This document shows, piece by piece, positions 24,488 to 34,889 of a DNA stretch of 57,725 nt (the stretch's first letter is position 1; every line of letters begins with the position of its first letter). Source of the DNA: a virus (taxonomy: Duplodnaviria; Caudoviricetes); the IMG/VR virus record IMGVR_UViG_3300034064_000874, positions 1-57,725 of that record, one strand, 5' to 3'. The notes below the pieces were generated by a model. That model made no database searches. It was given only the letters and a program-made list of their open reading frames with translations, and was not told the origin of the DNA. The translations under genes and the position numbers were made by a program.

Positions 24488-25252
24488 CTATTTATTCATC
24501 TGGCCGTACATGCCCATACCAAGACCCATCATGGACCCGCCGATCTGCCCTGCAGCCGCATTAGCGGCGACGTTGTTCTGCACCTGAGCATTGATTCGGG
24601 CCGCCTGATTGGACGCCGCATTCTGCCCACCACCGGTCACCAAATTAAGACCCGTCCCCAGCCGTTCCTGGTAGTCACCAAACCGGGACAGGGTCTGGTC
24701 GCGGTAATTGCCAACCCGCTGAACCTGCTTGCCCAGCACCTGACCCATCTGCCCGCGTCGCCGGCCGTATTCACTGAGATAGCCCAGCCGGCCTTGCGCA
24801 TTGGCGCCCCGGGTCGTGGCGCGCATACCAAGAGTGAGTCCACCCATGCGACTCACGAAGGCGCCGGATCCAGGTCCGCCCGATTGGGCAGCTGTCTGCA
24901 TAACGCCCTGCGCCTCCTCCGGATAACCTTGCCAGGCCTGATTGACGTCGCGATCACCGGCGCCTTGGTAGTTGGCGTCCGCATTCAAGCCGCTCAGCTC
25001 CTGCTCCAATTCGTCAGTGCGCTGATTGGTCTGCTTCAGGTCAGTCAGATCGTCCTTCAGCCGCCGGTTGACCACGGGATCCAGCTGCTGCTGCCAGAAT
25101 CGGCCCTGCTCATAAGCCTGGCGATTGACCTCAGAGGCTTTGATTTCCTCCGGAGTTGGACCCCAGTTGTCTACCTCGCCACTAAATGCGCCTGCGGCCC
25201 CGGCGGCGGATATACCGACACCGATAGCTGATACTACGGCTCCGAATGGCAT
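24488..25252 (-). CDS. Putative ejection/pilot protein
   Basis: G/A-rich hydrophobic termini; AAGGAG RBS. Confidence 0.7.
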   Translation of the reverse strand: MPFGAVVSAIGVGISAAGAAGAFSGEVDNWGPTPEEIKASEVNRQAYEQGRFWQQQLDPVVNRRLKDDLTDLKQTNQRTDELEQELSGLNADANYQGAGDRDVNQAWQGYPEEAQGVMQTAAQSGGPGSGAFVSRMGGLTLGMRATTRGANAQGRLGYLSEYGRRRGQMGQVLGKQVQRVGNYRDQTLSRFGDYQERLGTGLNLVTGGGQNAASNQAARINAQVQNNVAANAAAGQIGGSMMGLGMGMYGQMNK

Positions 25253-25812
25253 AACAATCTCCTTTCCGTCTTCATGCAGACCACCAATGAAATTCGGTCC
25301 ACCGGGGAGTTATTTGTCACCCAATGGCGCTTGCGGTTGTTGAACCAGACACACTCGCCCGGCTTGGCGGAATAGCTGCCTTCCTCAAAATGAATCGCCT
25401 GATCAGGATGGCCCTCCAGAGTCACCATCACCTTGCAGTTGTAATGGCAGGCATTGAAGCCGCCGTCGATATGCGGATCCACTCGGCCGCCCGGTGGTAC
25501 CCGGGTAATCAGGACACCGCCCAGGCGCTCACCTCGGACCCAGTGCATCAGCTCGAAACAGATATCCTTCACCGCCGACAGGCAATCCGCTTCGGGATAC
25601 CAGACCGCTTCGTGTGGCTCAAGGCAGAAATCTTCCCAGCTGCCATTGAATTCGCCCCGGTCCCGGTAGCGCACCCAGATATCTGACACACCCTGGTGCG
25701 GACCATAGGCATTGGCTCGCTCGGTGTAACGGTCCCAAAGATCCGGATGCTGCTTCAGCTGCAACAGAGCCGGCAGCACATTGATCGACCCGAGAGGGAG
25801 AAAACTATTCAT
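25234..25812 (-). CDS. Aspartyl/asparaginyl beta-hydroxylase-like 2OG-Fe(II) oxygenase
   Basis: PGGRVDPHID (HxD); GECVWFNNRKRHWVTN..DRISL. Confidence 0.85.
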   Translation of the reverse strand: MNSFLPLGSINVLPALLQLKQHPDLWDRYTERANAYGPHQGVSDIWVRYRDRGEFNGSWEDFCLEPHEAVWYPEADCLSAVKDICFELMHWVRGERLGGVLITRVPPGGRVDPHIDGGFNACHYNCKVMVTLEGHPDQAIHFEEGSYSAKPGECVWFNNRKRHWVTNNSPVDRISLVVCMKTERRLLCHSEP

Positions 25813-26311
25813 CCTGCATCTCCAGGTAATCTATGTAAGCCTCCTGGGCCTCCTTGATCGCCAGCGCATTCTGGATGTTCAGACCTCTGAGCAGCGAATA
25901 GCGAGCGGCATCAAACGGCATCGGCAACAACCACTCGGCAGCCGGCCGGAAACGCTCGACATGAAATAAATCATGGAAGGTGATGTGGTAACCGCCGATC
26001 TCGTCCAGCTTCCACTTGTGCTCGTCCTGCATGGCAGGCAGACCCAGCTTCGCCAGTGAGAAATTCACGTCACCCAACTCTCGGTGGACGATCATCTTCT
26101 TCGCCGGGTGCCGATTGAGCTCGTCAGCATTCATCAGAGTGAGCTGCGTATCGGCAATCCCGAACAGGCCCGCGCCTTTCATGGCGTCCAGCTCAGCCAG
26201 AGATCTCTGCCACAGCGGCTCATGCCAGCAAATACTGCGCTCGGTAGTAAACCAGTTGGCCAGCCAGGCCGTGCCGGAGCGAGGTAACCCGACAATCATG
26301 AAGTCGATCAC
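25805..26311 (-). CDS. Short sulfotransferase-like P-loop protein
   Basis: IVGLPRSGTAWL...HEP PAPS-binding-loop motif. Confidence 0.7.
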   Translation of the reverse strand: MIDFMIVGLPRSGTAWLANWFTTERSICWHEPLWQRSLAELDAMKGAGLFGIADTQLTLMNADELNRHPAKKMIVHRELGDVNFSLAKLGLPAMQDEHKWKLDEIGGYHITFHDLFHVERFRPAAEWLLPMPFDAARYSLLRGLNIQNALAIKEAQEAYIDYLEMQDE

Positions 26312-26694
26312 AGGCGCCTCTCGAAAACAGAGGCCACAATGTCCCAGCCTGGGACTTTCTCAAATCCGGCCCGGTTGCTCCACATCACGATCCGATCAAA
26401 TCCATGCTCGATCGCGATCTCGTCGACCTGATCCTGGAACGTGGCGATGTTGTCCTGACCGCGGGCATAGGCAACCCACAGGAACATCTCCGGCTTCCCG
26501 GTGATGAGGTTGCTCTGCTGCTGCACGACGATGAAACCGGGCTCGCCGGTATAGATGAACGCCCTGCCTGCCACGCAGGCGGCGTAGACGTCCTCAGGGC
26601 GCCACTGGGCGTTGATCTTGCGCCGGGTATGCTCGAGTCCAGAGCGGACCTCGTCCCAGCATTCACGGATATCTTGGAGGATTAGTTGGCTCAT
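26308..26694 (-). CDS. GNAT-like virion-module protein
   Basis: GFIVV...MFLWVAY...GFDRIVMWSNRAGF pattern; usual position before ejection genes. Confidence 0.5.
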   Translation of the reverse strand: MSQLILQDIRECWDEVRSGLEHTRRKINAQWRPEDVYAACVAGRAFIYTGEPGFIVVQQQSNLITGKPEMFLWVAYARGQDNIATFQDQVDEIAIEHGFDRIVMWSNRAGFEKVPGWDIVASVFERRL

Positions 26695-26731
26695 GCGCCC
26701 ATCTTCCATGATGGGGAGAGACCGTCCAGAA

Positions 26732-26917
26732 CTACGTTTGACCGGGCCGTGGATACTTATCCTTCACCGCCTGACAGGCGTCAATCCATTCGCCCAAGCC
26801 TTCGGGGATCTCCGGCATCGCGGCAAAGTATTTCATCAGCGCGTCCAGCTGGTCGCCCAGGGGCGGGTACTCCTCCCGGCGGGCTTCTCTATAGTCGCGT
26901 GTGTGGACAATTCTCAT
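26732..26917 (-). CDS. Small tail-fiber-associated protein
   Basis: YREARREEYPPLGDQLDAL...VKDKYP. Confidence 0.7.
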   Translation of the reverse strand: MRIVHTRDYREARREEYPPLGDQLDALMKYFAAMPEIPEGLGEWIDACQAVKDKYPRPGQT

Positions 26918-27294
26918 GGGATGACCACCTCATCGTTCCAGTCCAGAAAAGGGAAGCACTCCACGCGTAGCGAGTAGGTGCCGGGCAATGGAAATTCCAG
27001 CTCCACCGTGCCTTCGGCATCGTAACTAACCCCGTTAATGGTGAGCTTGCTGCCGGCAGGCACATCTAACAGGGTAAGGCTTGTGCGGCTAACGGGGGAA
27101 GTGGGGCGTTCGGTCACTTCGCCAGCCAGAACATAATGCTCGTACTGACTGAATAGAAAATCAGTATTCGGCACAATGACCGTGGACAATCCATACCCTT
27201 CCAGCGTCTCGCGTTGTGCGCCTTCGATCAGACCGAGAACCTGGCTTTTGATCTCGCCAGAATTTTGATCGTAGCCAACCAGAACACTGATCAT
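26914..27294 (-). CDS. Tail-associated hypothetical protein
   Basis: ATGA coupling after the fiber gene; PGTYSLRVECFPFLDW. Confidence 0.7.
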   Translation of the reverse strand: MISVLVGYDQNSGEIKSQVLGLIEGAQRETLEGYGLSTVIVPNTDFLFSQYEHYVLAGEVTERPTSPVSRTSLTLLDVPAGSKLTINGVSYDAEGTVELEFPLPGTYSLRVECFPFLDWNDEVVIP

Positions 27295-30200
27295 CCGAGC
27301 ACCTCCGAGATAGTCAGCCGTACATCAGACATGGACCCAGACTCATTCGCCAAGAAAGCATAACTCGCCGTGATGGTAATGCTGCTGATGGATGTCGCTG
27401 TCGGCGTCGACGGAATGGCGATCGTTCCAGAGTAGGCTCGGGCGCTCATATCCGCTCCGTTTTTGTACCAGAAGTCGCCCCCGTAGGTGGCGCCATTCGA
27501 AAACGTGAGGTCCATTTTTATCCTGGTTGCCCGCGTTGACGTCTCCATATCCAGATTGAACAACAGCATCCTGCTCTGCCCTGACTGGCCCAAAAAAGTA
27601 AACGGCAAACCAAAGTTGCTCCAGGTGACCGAACCGCTGCCCGACAGATTGCCGGATGTAGGTTTCCGGGCAGTATCCTGAAAGGTCAGTACCTTGATGA
27701 TTGAGTTATTGCCGATGTTCTTCCCACTCCGCACAATGACGGTGTTGAACTCGGCATTGCCCACAGTATCGATGCACCACCCCTGGGTGCCTGTGCCCGC
27801 CGTGGGCTGGCCTGTTGTGCCGTTGATCGTGCCATTCCAGTTGGTGCTGCGAGCCGATCCGGCGACGGCGGACCCATAGAAGAAAGCATTGCCATCGCCT
27901 GAGATTCGGAAACCTTGGGGCGGGATTCCAGCGCCCGGATTCCCTAAGGTAAAAGTGGACGACCGGATAACGCCGCCTGACCCCGCCAGAGTAATCACGG
28001 CCGAAGTGATCGACCCTGCCCCCAACTTGTCCGCCACAATGCCGCCGTCAACAAATAACCCGCCACTCAGCGAGTTCTGAGCGGTCTGCCATGCAGAGCC
28101 ATTCCAGCGCCGACTTTCTACTGGCCCCGCTCCGCTATTGAATGTCAGGGTCAGCAAATCAAAGATGACCGGGACACCGTTGGGTACAAAAACATTGGCG
28201 GTCGCGTCACTGGGCCAAGAGCTGTTCGCCACCGTGCCGGAATAGATACCCGAACCCCGAGAGCCCGAGGCACCTTTCTTGTTTTTCGACAGCGAGAACC
28301 GCTTGGTCAGCGACGAAAACCCGGTGCGCGTAGCGACAAAGTCAACGTAGCCGACATCCTGGCTCATAGCCGTCACCGTCGCCGTGCGGCTGGTCGTCCC
28401 CTCGGATACCGTCACATTGCTCCGCGTCTGGCTCACCGACCAGGAGGCAGACTCGTCTGTGATGCCCCGGTAAATAGTCAGCGTGGAACTCGCCCCCGCG
28501 TAAACCCCGTTGTTGCCGTCCTGATCCGTCGGAACCGAGTGCGACTCATTGCTCAATACCGCCGTAATTGCGTCAGACCCCTCGGCCAGTTCCACCAAGG
28601 TCAGCGTGTCCGTCACCCCATCACACTCCACCGAAATCACAGCGGTCGGATTGCTGGTGTACCAATACCCTACGCCGCTGCTGGCAGTGCCTGAGTTCTG
28701 GTTGATGAAGACGCGAATCGTGGTGTTCTGCGGCGTGTTCCAGGCGCCAACGGCCGTAGGCGTCAGCGAGCCGGTGCCTTGTGCATACTTCCAGGTGTGC
28801 GTGGCAGTCATGCCACTCTTGACCAGCGTCACGTCGATGTAGCTACCTTCGTAGGTGCCATCCTTGAATTTCTTGCGCACCAGCGACGTGGCGTAGAGGG
28901 AAAGCCCGGACCCGCTCTGGCCCTGTTTTGCCTTCGCCACCGTAAAGATCCGGTCCAGGGGATCCGCGCCCGACTTTGACGCCCGCACCGTGATGGTCGC
29001 CATATCGGCGGTCATGGACGGACTGCCATCCGCGAAACCTACCGTGTTACCGGATACATCCGGCGCTCCGCTCAGGCCGGTAAAACTGGCGGCAGAAATG
29101 GCCCAGCTCTCCGAGGTCGTCACGTCCGTCGCGCCTCGATAAACCTTGGCGATCGTCGACGCACCGGCATAAGAACTGACCACCCCAGCGGCATCGGCCG
29201 GCACCAAATGCGCCTCGTTCGACAAATACAGCCATAGCGAGTCCGACCCGTCCTGCACCTTGGCTAGCGTCACGTAATCCTCGTAAACCACACTGTCGAC
29301 CGTCGTCGAGGCTTTGAACGTCACCGTCGCCGTCGTCATCTGCGCCGGGTCAATCGTCTTCTGAACGCCCGTACCGAGCGCTGCGCCGTAAGTGCCGGAA
29401 GTCACCGACCACGTCACCGTGCCACTGATGTTCTGCAACACCGCATTCAGTGTGATCGTGCTCGGCGTGATCGCCGTACTCGGCGGCTTGGCAATCGTAA
29501 ACAGCTCCGCGCTGGCCGACACAATCAGCCGCCTGAACGAACTGAACGCAATCTTGCCCGCCTGAATGATCGGATTGCCATACTCGTCGTACAGCGCAAA
29601 CGACCCGCCGTAGAGCGCCAGATTGGATGCCTTGTCCAGCTTCCAGCCATTGAACGGGAACGTGTTGGGTCCACCGGATGCCGCCCAGCTATAGGACTTC
29701 AGGTCGCCGTAGATCTCAGCATCGCCGACAAACGCCTTCTGGATATTCGCCGTCTTCATGTAGACGCCGGGTTCGATCGTCAGGGTCTTGCCACTACCGT
29801 CCGGCGCGTTGATCGTTTGTTGCGTGCTGTAGACGATGAACGGAATGTTGGTGGTGTTAGCGTCGGTCCAGGTCCAGGTGCCCCCGGCGGCTTTACAGGC
29901 GGCTGCCGTCGTATGCCCTGCAATCGAGCAAGTGCCGGTGCGCAGCAGGGCCGGGTTACCCACGGCGAAACGATCCGCCCGGACAAAGAAGTCCGACACC
30001 TCGCCGTTATTGTAGAGTCCGAAACCTGAAACCAGCCCATTCACGTCGGTCTTGACCATGTACTGGGCCTTGATGCCGTCGATGACGGTGGCCTGGGTCT
30101 GGATGGTCGCCGTGTTGCCCGCGACCGAGCTTTGTAACGTCGTGATCTGTGTCGCCATCGCGGAATCGGCGGTGGCCCTGGCCGTGGCTTCGTTCTGGAT

Positions 30201-31757
30201 CGCCGCCGTGTTGGCCGCGATGCGGGTGTCGTCCGTCAGTTCCCAGGTTGTGCCGTTATAGCGGTAAGCCTTGTTGTTGTCGTCAGAGTCGAACCAGATG
30301 TCACCCGCTGTCATGCCCGAGGTGGGAGCAGTCGTCTGACGGTAAGTCCGGTTCTTGGCGCCCGCCGTCGCGGAGACCGTATTGATCTGCGTCGCGAGGG
30401 ACGAGTCGGCGCTGGCTCGGGCATTGGCCTCCGTGGTGACCGCCGCGTCGCTGTAGGTCTTGGCGCTGTTCAGGTTGGCCGTGTCCGCTGCCTGATAGGA
30501 CGCCACGATGCCGGTGAGCTGGGATGCCATTGCACCATCCACTTCCGCCTTGGTGTAGCGGTTGTTGATGTACCCGGCTTGGGTCGTGATATTGCCCTCG
30601 GCCGTCGTAACGCGAGCCGCCAGGGTTTCCCGTGCCGAAACTTCTGCCGAGAGCCCAGTATTCAGAATGGAGATCTGGTTACTGTGCGCGGCGACCGCGT
30701 CACCGATCGAGGTATAGTTGCCGATCAACTGCCAATAGGTTGTGTTGGTTGGCAGATTGCCCGTCGTCGTTTGCAAGGCCCGGTAGATCGACCCGTTGTA
30801 CTTGACGATATCGTCTGTCTGATAAGTCGTGCCCGCGTTGTAGTCAGGCGCCCCCAGCACTTCGTCGATCTGCCCCTGCAACAGGCTGACCTGCGTCTGG
30901 ACCTCAATGTCCAGGTCGTCCAGTCGAGTGCCCAGGTCGTTCCACAGCGGGGTGGCCGCAATCTCATCTTCCAGGGACAGCGCCGTTCCCATCACCCCGG
31001 CCGTGGTGTTCGGGAAATAATCGCTGAACAGGTTCTCAGCATCCCGCACTCGTACCCAGAAATACCAAGTCGGCTGATTGACCGGCGGGGTGTAGACGAA
31101 CATCGAGCCATTACTCTCGCCCAGCTTGGTCGCCGTCGCCCGGTCGTTGCTCTGACTGCCCCAGATTTCGATGGTGTCAAGGTCGCCCACGTAGGGAATC
31201 GTCCACTTGAGGACGATGTAACCAATCCCGCTCAGAGCCACCAGCGTCGTCACAGACGGGGGCGGGCCGTCCCACATCGAACCGATCTCGACGGTGAGCG
31301 CGTTACTCGTCGCCGACAGATTCCTTGGGTCGCCGGAGTATTCCGCGACAAAGGTGTACGTGCCCTTGGACAGCTGGTCCGTCACGGTGGCCATCGACCC
31401 GGATAGCGTCACCGGATCCAGCGTCATCAGGCTACCGTCCTGGCGAAACTGCACCGTCCCAGTCGGCTGGTCCCCGGTGACCGTCGCCGTCAGCGTAAAG
31501 TCCTCCTCGGACAGCGGCTTGATCGGTGAGATCGTCAGAACGACCGTTGACTGGTTGGGGGGCGTACCCGGATCAGGGCCACCGCCGCCACCGCCACCGC
31601 CACCGCCACCGCCACCGCCACCGCCTCCAGAAGACGACTTGGTCTGCGCCAGTCGGGTCACTTGTTCGGACACACCGCCCACAGCGGCTCGCAGCTCGCG
31701 CAAGAAGTTGGCGAGGTTGCTATCCTTAATGCCGGGAGGGACTTGCCGTATCGCCAT
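27291..31757 (-). CDS. Large tail fiber/host-specificity protein (Ig-like, FN3-like, CBM-like, coiled coil, DUF1983-like)
   Basis: LTATV...PTGTVQF...YSGD; WYFWVRVRD; YQTDDIVKYNG; QYMVKTDVNGLVSGFGL...FFVRADRFAV. Confidence 0.85.
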   Translation of the reverse strand: MAIRQVPPGIKDSNLANFLRELRAAVGGVSEQVTRLAQTKSSSGGGGGGGGGGGGGGGGGPDPGTPPNQSTVVLTISPIKPLSEEDFTLTATVTGDQPTGTVQFRQDGSLMTLDPVTLSGSMATVTDQLSKGTYTFVAEYSGDPRNLSATSNALTVEIGSMWDGPPPSVTTLVALSGIGYIVLKWTIPYVGDLDTIEIWGSQSNDRATATKLGESNGSMFVYTPPVNQPTWYFWVRVRDAENLFSDYFPNTTAGVMGTALSLEDEIAATPLWNDLGTRLDDLDIEVQTQVSLLQGQIDEVLGAPDYNAGTTYQTDDIVKYNGSIYRALQTTTGNLPTNTTYWQLIGNYTSIGDAVAAHSNQISILNTGLSAEVSARETLAARVTTAEGNITTQAGYINNRYTKAEVDGAMASQLTGIVASYQAADTANLNSAKTYSDAAVTTEANARASADSSLATQINTVSATAGAKNRTYRQTTAPTSGMTAGDIWFDSDDNNKAYRYNGTTWELTDDTRIAANTAAIQNEATARATADSAMATQITTLQSSVAGNTATIQTQATVIDGIKAQYMVKTDVNGLVSGFGLYNNGEVSDFFVRADRFAVGNPALLRTGTCSIAGHTTAAACKAAGGTWTWTDANTTNIPFIVYSTQQTINAPDGSGKTLTIEPGVYMKTANIQKAFVGDAEIYGDLKSYSWAASGGPNTFPFNGWKLDKASNLALYGGSFALYDEYGNPIIQAGKIAFSSFRRLIVSASAELFTIAKPPSTAITPSTITLNAVLQNISGTVTWSVTSGTYGAALGTGVQKTIDPAQMTTATVTFKASTTVDSVVYEDYVTLAKVQDGSDSLWLYLSNEAHLVPADAAGVVSSYAGASTIAKVYRGATDVTTSESWAISAASFTGLSGAPDVSGNTVGFADGSPSMTADMATITVRASKSGADPLDRIFTVAKAKQGQSGSGLSLYATSLVRKKFKDGTYEGSYIDVTLVKSGMTATHTWKYAQGTGSLTPTAVGAWNTPQNTTIRVFINQNSGTASSGVGYWYTSNPTAVISVECDGVTDTLTLVELAEGSDAITAVLSNESHSVPTDQDGNNGVYAGASSTLTIYRGITDESASWSVSQTRSNVTVSEGTTSRTATVTAMSQDVGYVDFVATRTGFSSLTKRFSLSKNKKGASGSRGSGIYSGTVANSSWPSDATANVFVPNGVPVIFDLLTLTFNSGAGPVESRRWNGSAWQTAQNSLSGGLFVDGGIVADKLGAGSITSAVITLAGSGGVIRSSTFTLGNPGAGIPPQGFRISGDGNAFFYGSAVAGSARSTNWNGTINGTTGQPTAGTGTQGWCIDTVGNAEFNTVIVRSGKNIGNNSIIKVLTFQDTARKPTSGNLSGSGSVTWSNFGLPFTFLGQSGQSRMLLFNLDMETSTRATRIKMDLTFSNGATYGGDFWYKNGADMSARAYSGTIAIPSTPTATSISSITITASYAFLANESGSMSDVRLTISEVLG
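31578..31628 (-). repeat. (GGCGGT)n microsatellite encoding Gly17
   Basis: Tandem gccacc units seen directly. Confidence 0.95.
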
Positions 31758-34141
31758 CAGGGAGCCTCTTTCAATTCATCCATTACACGGCCCAGCATCA
31801 CTGTTCCTACAGGAATACTTCCCTCCAACGTCACCTTGAACGCCGTGAACCGCCCCGGTGCCACATAGGGCAAGCGGAACGGTCGATTACCAAGGATCGC
31901 ATTGGGCGAAGACGCCGTCGAAATCTCGTAGATCAGCACCGACTGGTTGTTGTCGAAGCCATGCAGCCGGAACGTCAGGCTGCGCCCGGTCAGGTCAACC
32001 GTCGTCGTGAAGATCTGCGCCACCCCCATGATCTCGGGAATGGGGAGCTGAAACCATTTTGAGTGCCAGGTATACGGCTTGAACGTCGCCGTGTTCTGGT
32101 TCCATTCCCGGATCTGCCCGTCCGTGCCCCACATCAGCAGCTTGTCTTCCAGCAGGTCATTGGCAAACGCCACCGCGTCGAGCGTCAGATCGGTAAAGCT
32201 CTGCGTTTGCGGGTCATAGATAAAGCCCTTGCGGGTGCCACCGGACTCATAGCTGGCGATATACCGCCCCTCGACCTGGGCCGCGATCAGGCTGCTCGGG
32301 TTATAAGCCTGCCACTGCTCCCGCGTCATGATCGTCTTGGTCAGGATCTCGACATTAGCCCCGGCGATCGCCACCAGACCGTCAGGTGAGGCATACATGG
32401 CGAACTCACCCATATCGACAATGGAGCGGCGAGCGACACAGCCCTGCGGGTACTCCAGCTTCTGCATCGACCAGGTTTCTGGATTGTCGCCAATCAAAAT
32501 GGAGGGCATCCCCTTGGTCACGACCACCAAACCGGCCGAAGTCGGCACCAGACCCACCACGTCATAATCCGTCGCCACCTGATTGGCCACTGGCCAGGCG
32601 TAGGGGGCATAAGGCACCGAGCCAAAGATCGTCCGTCCCCGATAACCGGCCACGACGCCGTTGGGGCAGTTCACAATCCCGCGTAGTCCATTGATCGGGG
32701 CTGACCAGCCGGTGGTGGAAAGAGGCTCCGCCAGCTCAGTGTCAGGCTTGGTGTCGACGTATTCATTCGCCCGGTTCGCCCAGGGGATATCGACGACGAA
32801 GCGCCAGTTACCGAGCTCATCTGTTCGATAAAGGCGGATTTTGGTGGGCGTGTCATACTGCGCAACCGGAGTAGCCGCATTGGCCGACTCAACCGGCAGT
32901 GACCCCGCTGCAAACGTCACTTTGCTCTTGGGGGCTACCTCAAAAGTTTCGGTCGGGTTACTCGGCTCGCTCTCATCGCCAAAGCTGTTGACGAAGGTCA
33001 CCAGATACGCCCTGGTCCGTACCGTCTCAGCGGTATCGGCGTTGCTCCAGGCGGCGGTTACCTTGGTTTGGTCATAAGTAACCGTCGCGGTCATTTCATA
33101 TAGGTTGCTGGGTGTACTGGCCGTCACCGAGGGCAACATGTCATTCGGGAATGTGTTGTCTGCCGCGGCCAGCAAAGCGACTTTTTTCTTGGTCTCAAAC
33201 ACTTCGTTAGTGTCGGAGTCGTTGGTGCGTTCCAGCGTGACCCAGGTGCTGCCGTCGAAATACTGCAACTTGAATGTGTTAAAGGTGGCTTCCGCGACCT
33301 TAAACACTCGGGCTAGATTGGTATTGGTCTGCGTACCGCTCGGATTCAGGTTGGTGAGCGGCAGCTGCTGGGTGGTCGTGGTCTTGTGGGAAAAGAACAC
33401 CAGGTCATCATCATTGAACCCGTGGCTCGTCAATCTAAGCTCAAACACCTTTGAGTTTTTGACGCGCAGCAGCGTAACGTCTTTCCAGCTGCGCACGTCG
33501 TTTGACAGATAAAGCCGCGTCTCCGTTGCTGACCCACTCCCCTCCGGCACAGCGCTACTGAGCTTGTAGGCCTTCCCTGCCACATACCCAGGGGCGTCGA
33601 TCAGAAGCTTGTCCCCGGACTCAAGCGCTGCCAGGTCAGCATCCGTCTTTGGTATCACAAACCAGACCGGGGAAGCCGTCGAGATGACGCTGCGGGTCAT
33701 TAGGCCAGACTGCACATCAAAGGTCGGCTTCTTCAGCGTCCCCGGCTTCGGCACCCCCAGGCGCTTGGCGGCCAAACTAGACAACACCGACACCCCAGCA
33801 GTCACTGTGCTCACCGCCATAGCGGGGGCATCGACATCGTTGTCCGTGTAGAACAGGCGGCTGTCGTTGCTATTGTCAGAGAAGAACACCGGGCTGCGGG
33901 CAAAGCTCTTGTCACCGCCCGCCGTTACCAGCTTGCTCTGGTCGTACAGGAACAGGGAATTAGCCACCGGCGCCGGGGTGTACGTCCCGTCAAATGCCCC
34001 TGACTGCTTGTCCCCGTAATAAGGCCTCAGATCGCCCGATCTAAAATCAGCATCAATCGAGATCTGGGCCTGATGATCCTCAAGCCGCTGCGGCGCGACG
34101 ATGCGGACGACGCCTGAAAATCCAGGTATTGTGAGGCGCAT
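31757..34141 (-). CDS. Podovirus tail nozzle/stabilization (tubular B-like) protein
   Basis: TRAYLVTFVNSFGDESEPS, PYAPYAWP and YASPDGLV motifs; position. Confidence 0.75.
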   Translation of the reverse strand: MRLTIPGFSGVVRIVAPQRLEDHQAQISIDADFRSGDLRPYYGDKQSGAFDGTYTPAPVANSLFLYDQSKLVTAGGDKSFARSPVFFSDNSNDSRLFYTDNDVDAPAMAVSTVTAGVSVLSSLAAKRLGVPKPGTLKKPTFDVQSGLMTRSVISTASPVWFVIPKTDADLAALESGDKLLIDAPGYVAGKAYKLSSAVPEGSGSATETRLYLSNDVRSWKDVTLLRVKNSKVFELRLTSHGFNDDDLVFFSHKTTTTQQLPLTNLNPSGTQTNTNLARVFKVAEATFNTFKLQYFDGSTWVTLERTNDSDTNEVFETKKKVALLAAADNTFPNDMLPSVTASTPSNLYEMTATVTYDQTKVTAAWSNADTAETVRTRAYLVTFVNSFGDESEPSNPTETFEVAPKSKVTFAAGSLPVESANAATPVAQYDTPTKIRLYRTDELGNWRFVVDIPWANRANEYVDTKPDTELAEPLSTTGWSAPINGLRGIVNCPNGVVAGYRGRTIFGSVPYAPYAWPVANQVATDYDVVGLVPTSAGLVVVTKGMPSILIGDNPETWSMQKLEYPQGCVARRSIVDMGEFAMYASPDGLVAIAGANVEILTKTIMTREQWQAYNPSSLIAAQVEGRYIASYESGGTRKGFIYDPQTQSFTDLTLDAVAFANDLLEDKLLMWGTDGQIREWNQNTATFKPYTWHSKWFQLPIPEIMGVAQIFTTTVDLTGRSLTFRLHGFDNNQSVLIYEISTASSPNAILGNRPFRLPYVAPGRFTAFKVTLEGSIPVGTVMLGRVMDELKEAP

Positions 34142-34247
34142 GCTAAAATACCCTCGCGTAGATAGGCTTAGCGGCTGAACGCGGGAACTCAATCACCCCG
34201 TTTCTACGCGCTCTCCAGTGATTGTTCACCAAGATTGAGGTGATGAG

Positions 34248-34889
34248 ATGCCCCGCGTTCTCCCCGACCTTGCCGGTCAGCGATTTGGAAAACTTACAGT
34301 TTTGTCTTTTTCCCATAGCGGGAAATACGGTCGGTATTGGAACTGTCTGTGTGACTGCGGAGAACAGTCGCAGGTAGCCACGCATTCTCTTAGAAACGGA
34401 AACTCTAAGTCCTGTGGGTGCGGGAAAATACCAACCAAGCACGGCGTCACTAAGAGAGGACAAAAACCGCCGCTCACCTACAGGATCTGGATGGGTATGC
34501 GGGATAGATGCCTCTGCAAATCCAAGGCCGAATACCACCGGTACGGTGGTCGCGGCATCAAAATATGTGATCGGTGGAACGATTACTCGGCATTCCTTGA
34601 AGACATGGGCGAGTGCCCGACCGGTAAGTCTCTGGATAGGATCGACAACGATGGCGACTACTCCCCGGAAAACTGCCGCTGGGCTGATAGAGAGACTCAG
34701 CATAACAATACGCGCCGAAACGTCTTTTTTACTCATGACGGCATCACCCTAAGTCGCGCACAGTGGGAAAGACGCCTAGACTTTCCGGTCGACGTGATTC
34801 GGATGCGCATGCGCCTTGGGTGGTCTTTTGATAAATCAATAACCACGCCATACTCGCCACGCGCCGACAAGAAAATCCGGGGACAGTGA
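34248..34889 (+). CDS. Free-standing HNH homing endonuclease
   Basis: GQRFGKLTV..CLCDCG..SCGC; W.GMRDRC; YGGRGIKICDRW; SLDRIDNDGDYSPENCRWA. Confidence 0.92.
   Translation: MPRVLPDLAGQRFGKLTVLSFSHSGKYGRYWNCLCDCGEQSQVATHSLRNGNSKSCGCGKIPTKHGVTKRGQKPPLTYRIWMGMRDRCLCKSKAEYHRYGGRGIKICDRWNDYSAFLEDMGECPTGKSLDRIDNDGDYSPENCRWADRETQHNNTRRNVFFTHDGITLSRAQWERRLDFPVDVIRMRMRLGWSFDKSITTPYSPRADKKIRGQ

Noticed and set aside
22500-26740. GAACTACGTTT at ~22500 and ~26729, both near intergenic gaps
   Set aside because: An 11-mer repeat is expected by chance in 58 kb; downstream spacing is not shared and no third copy was seen
34143-34736. 197-aa - strand ORF co-oriented with the late operon
   Set aside because: It is the antisense of the clearly recognisable HNH gene
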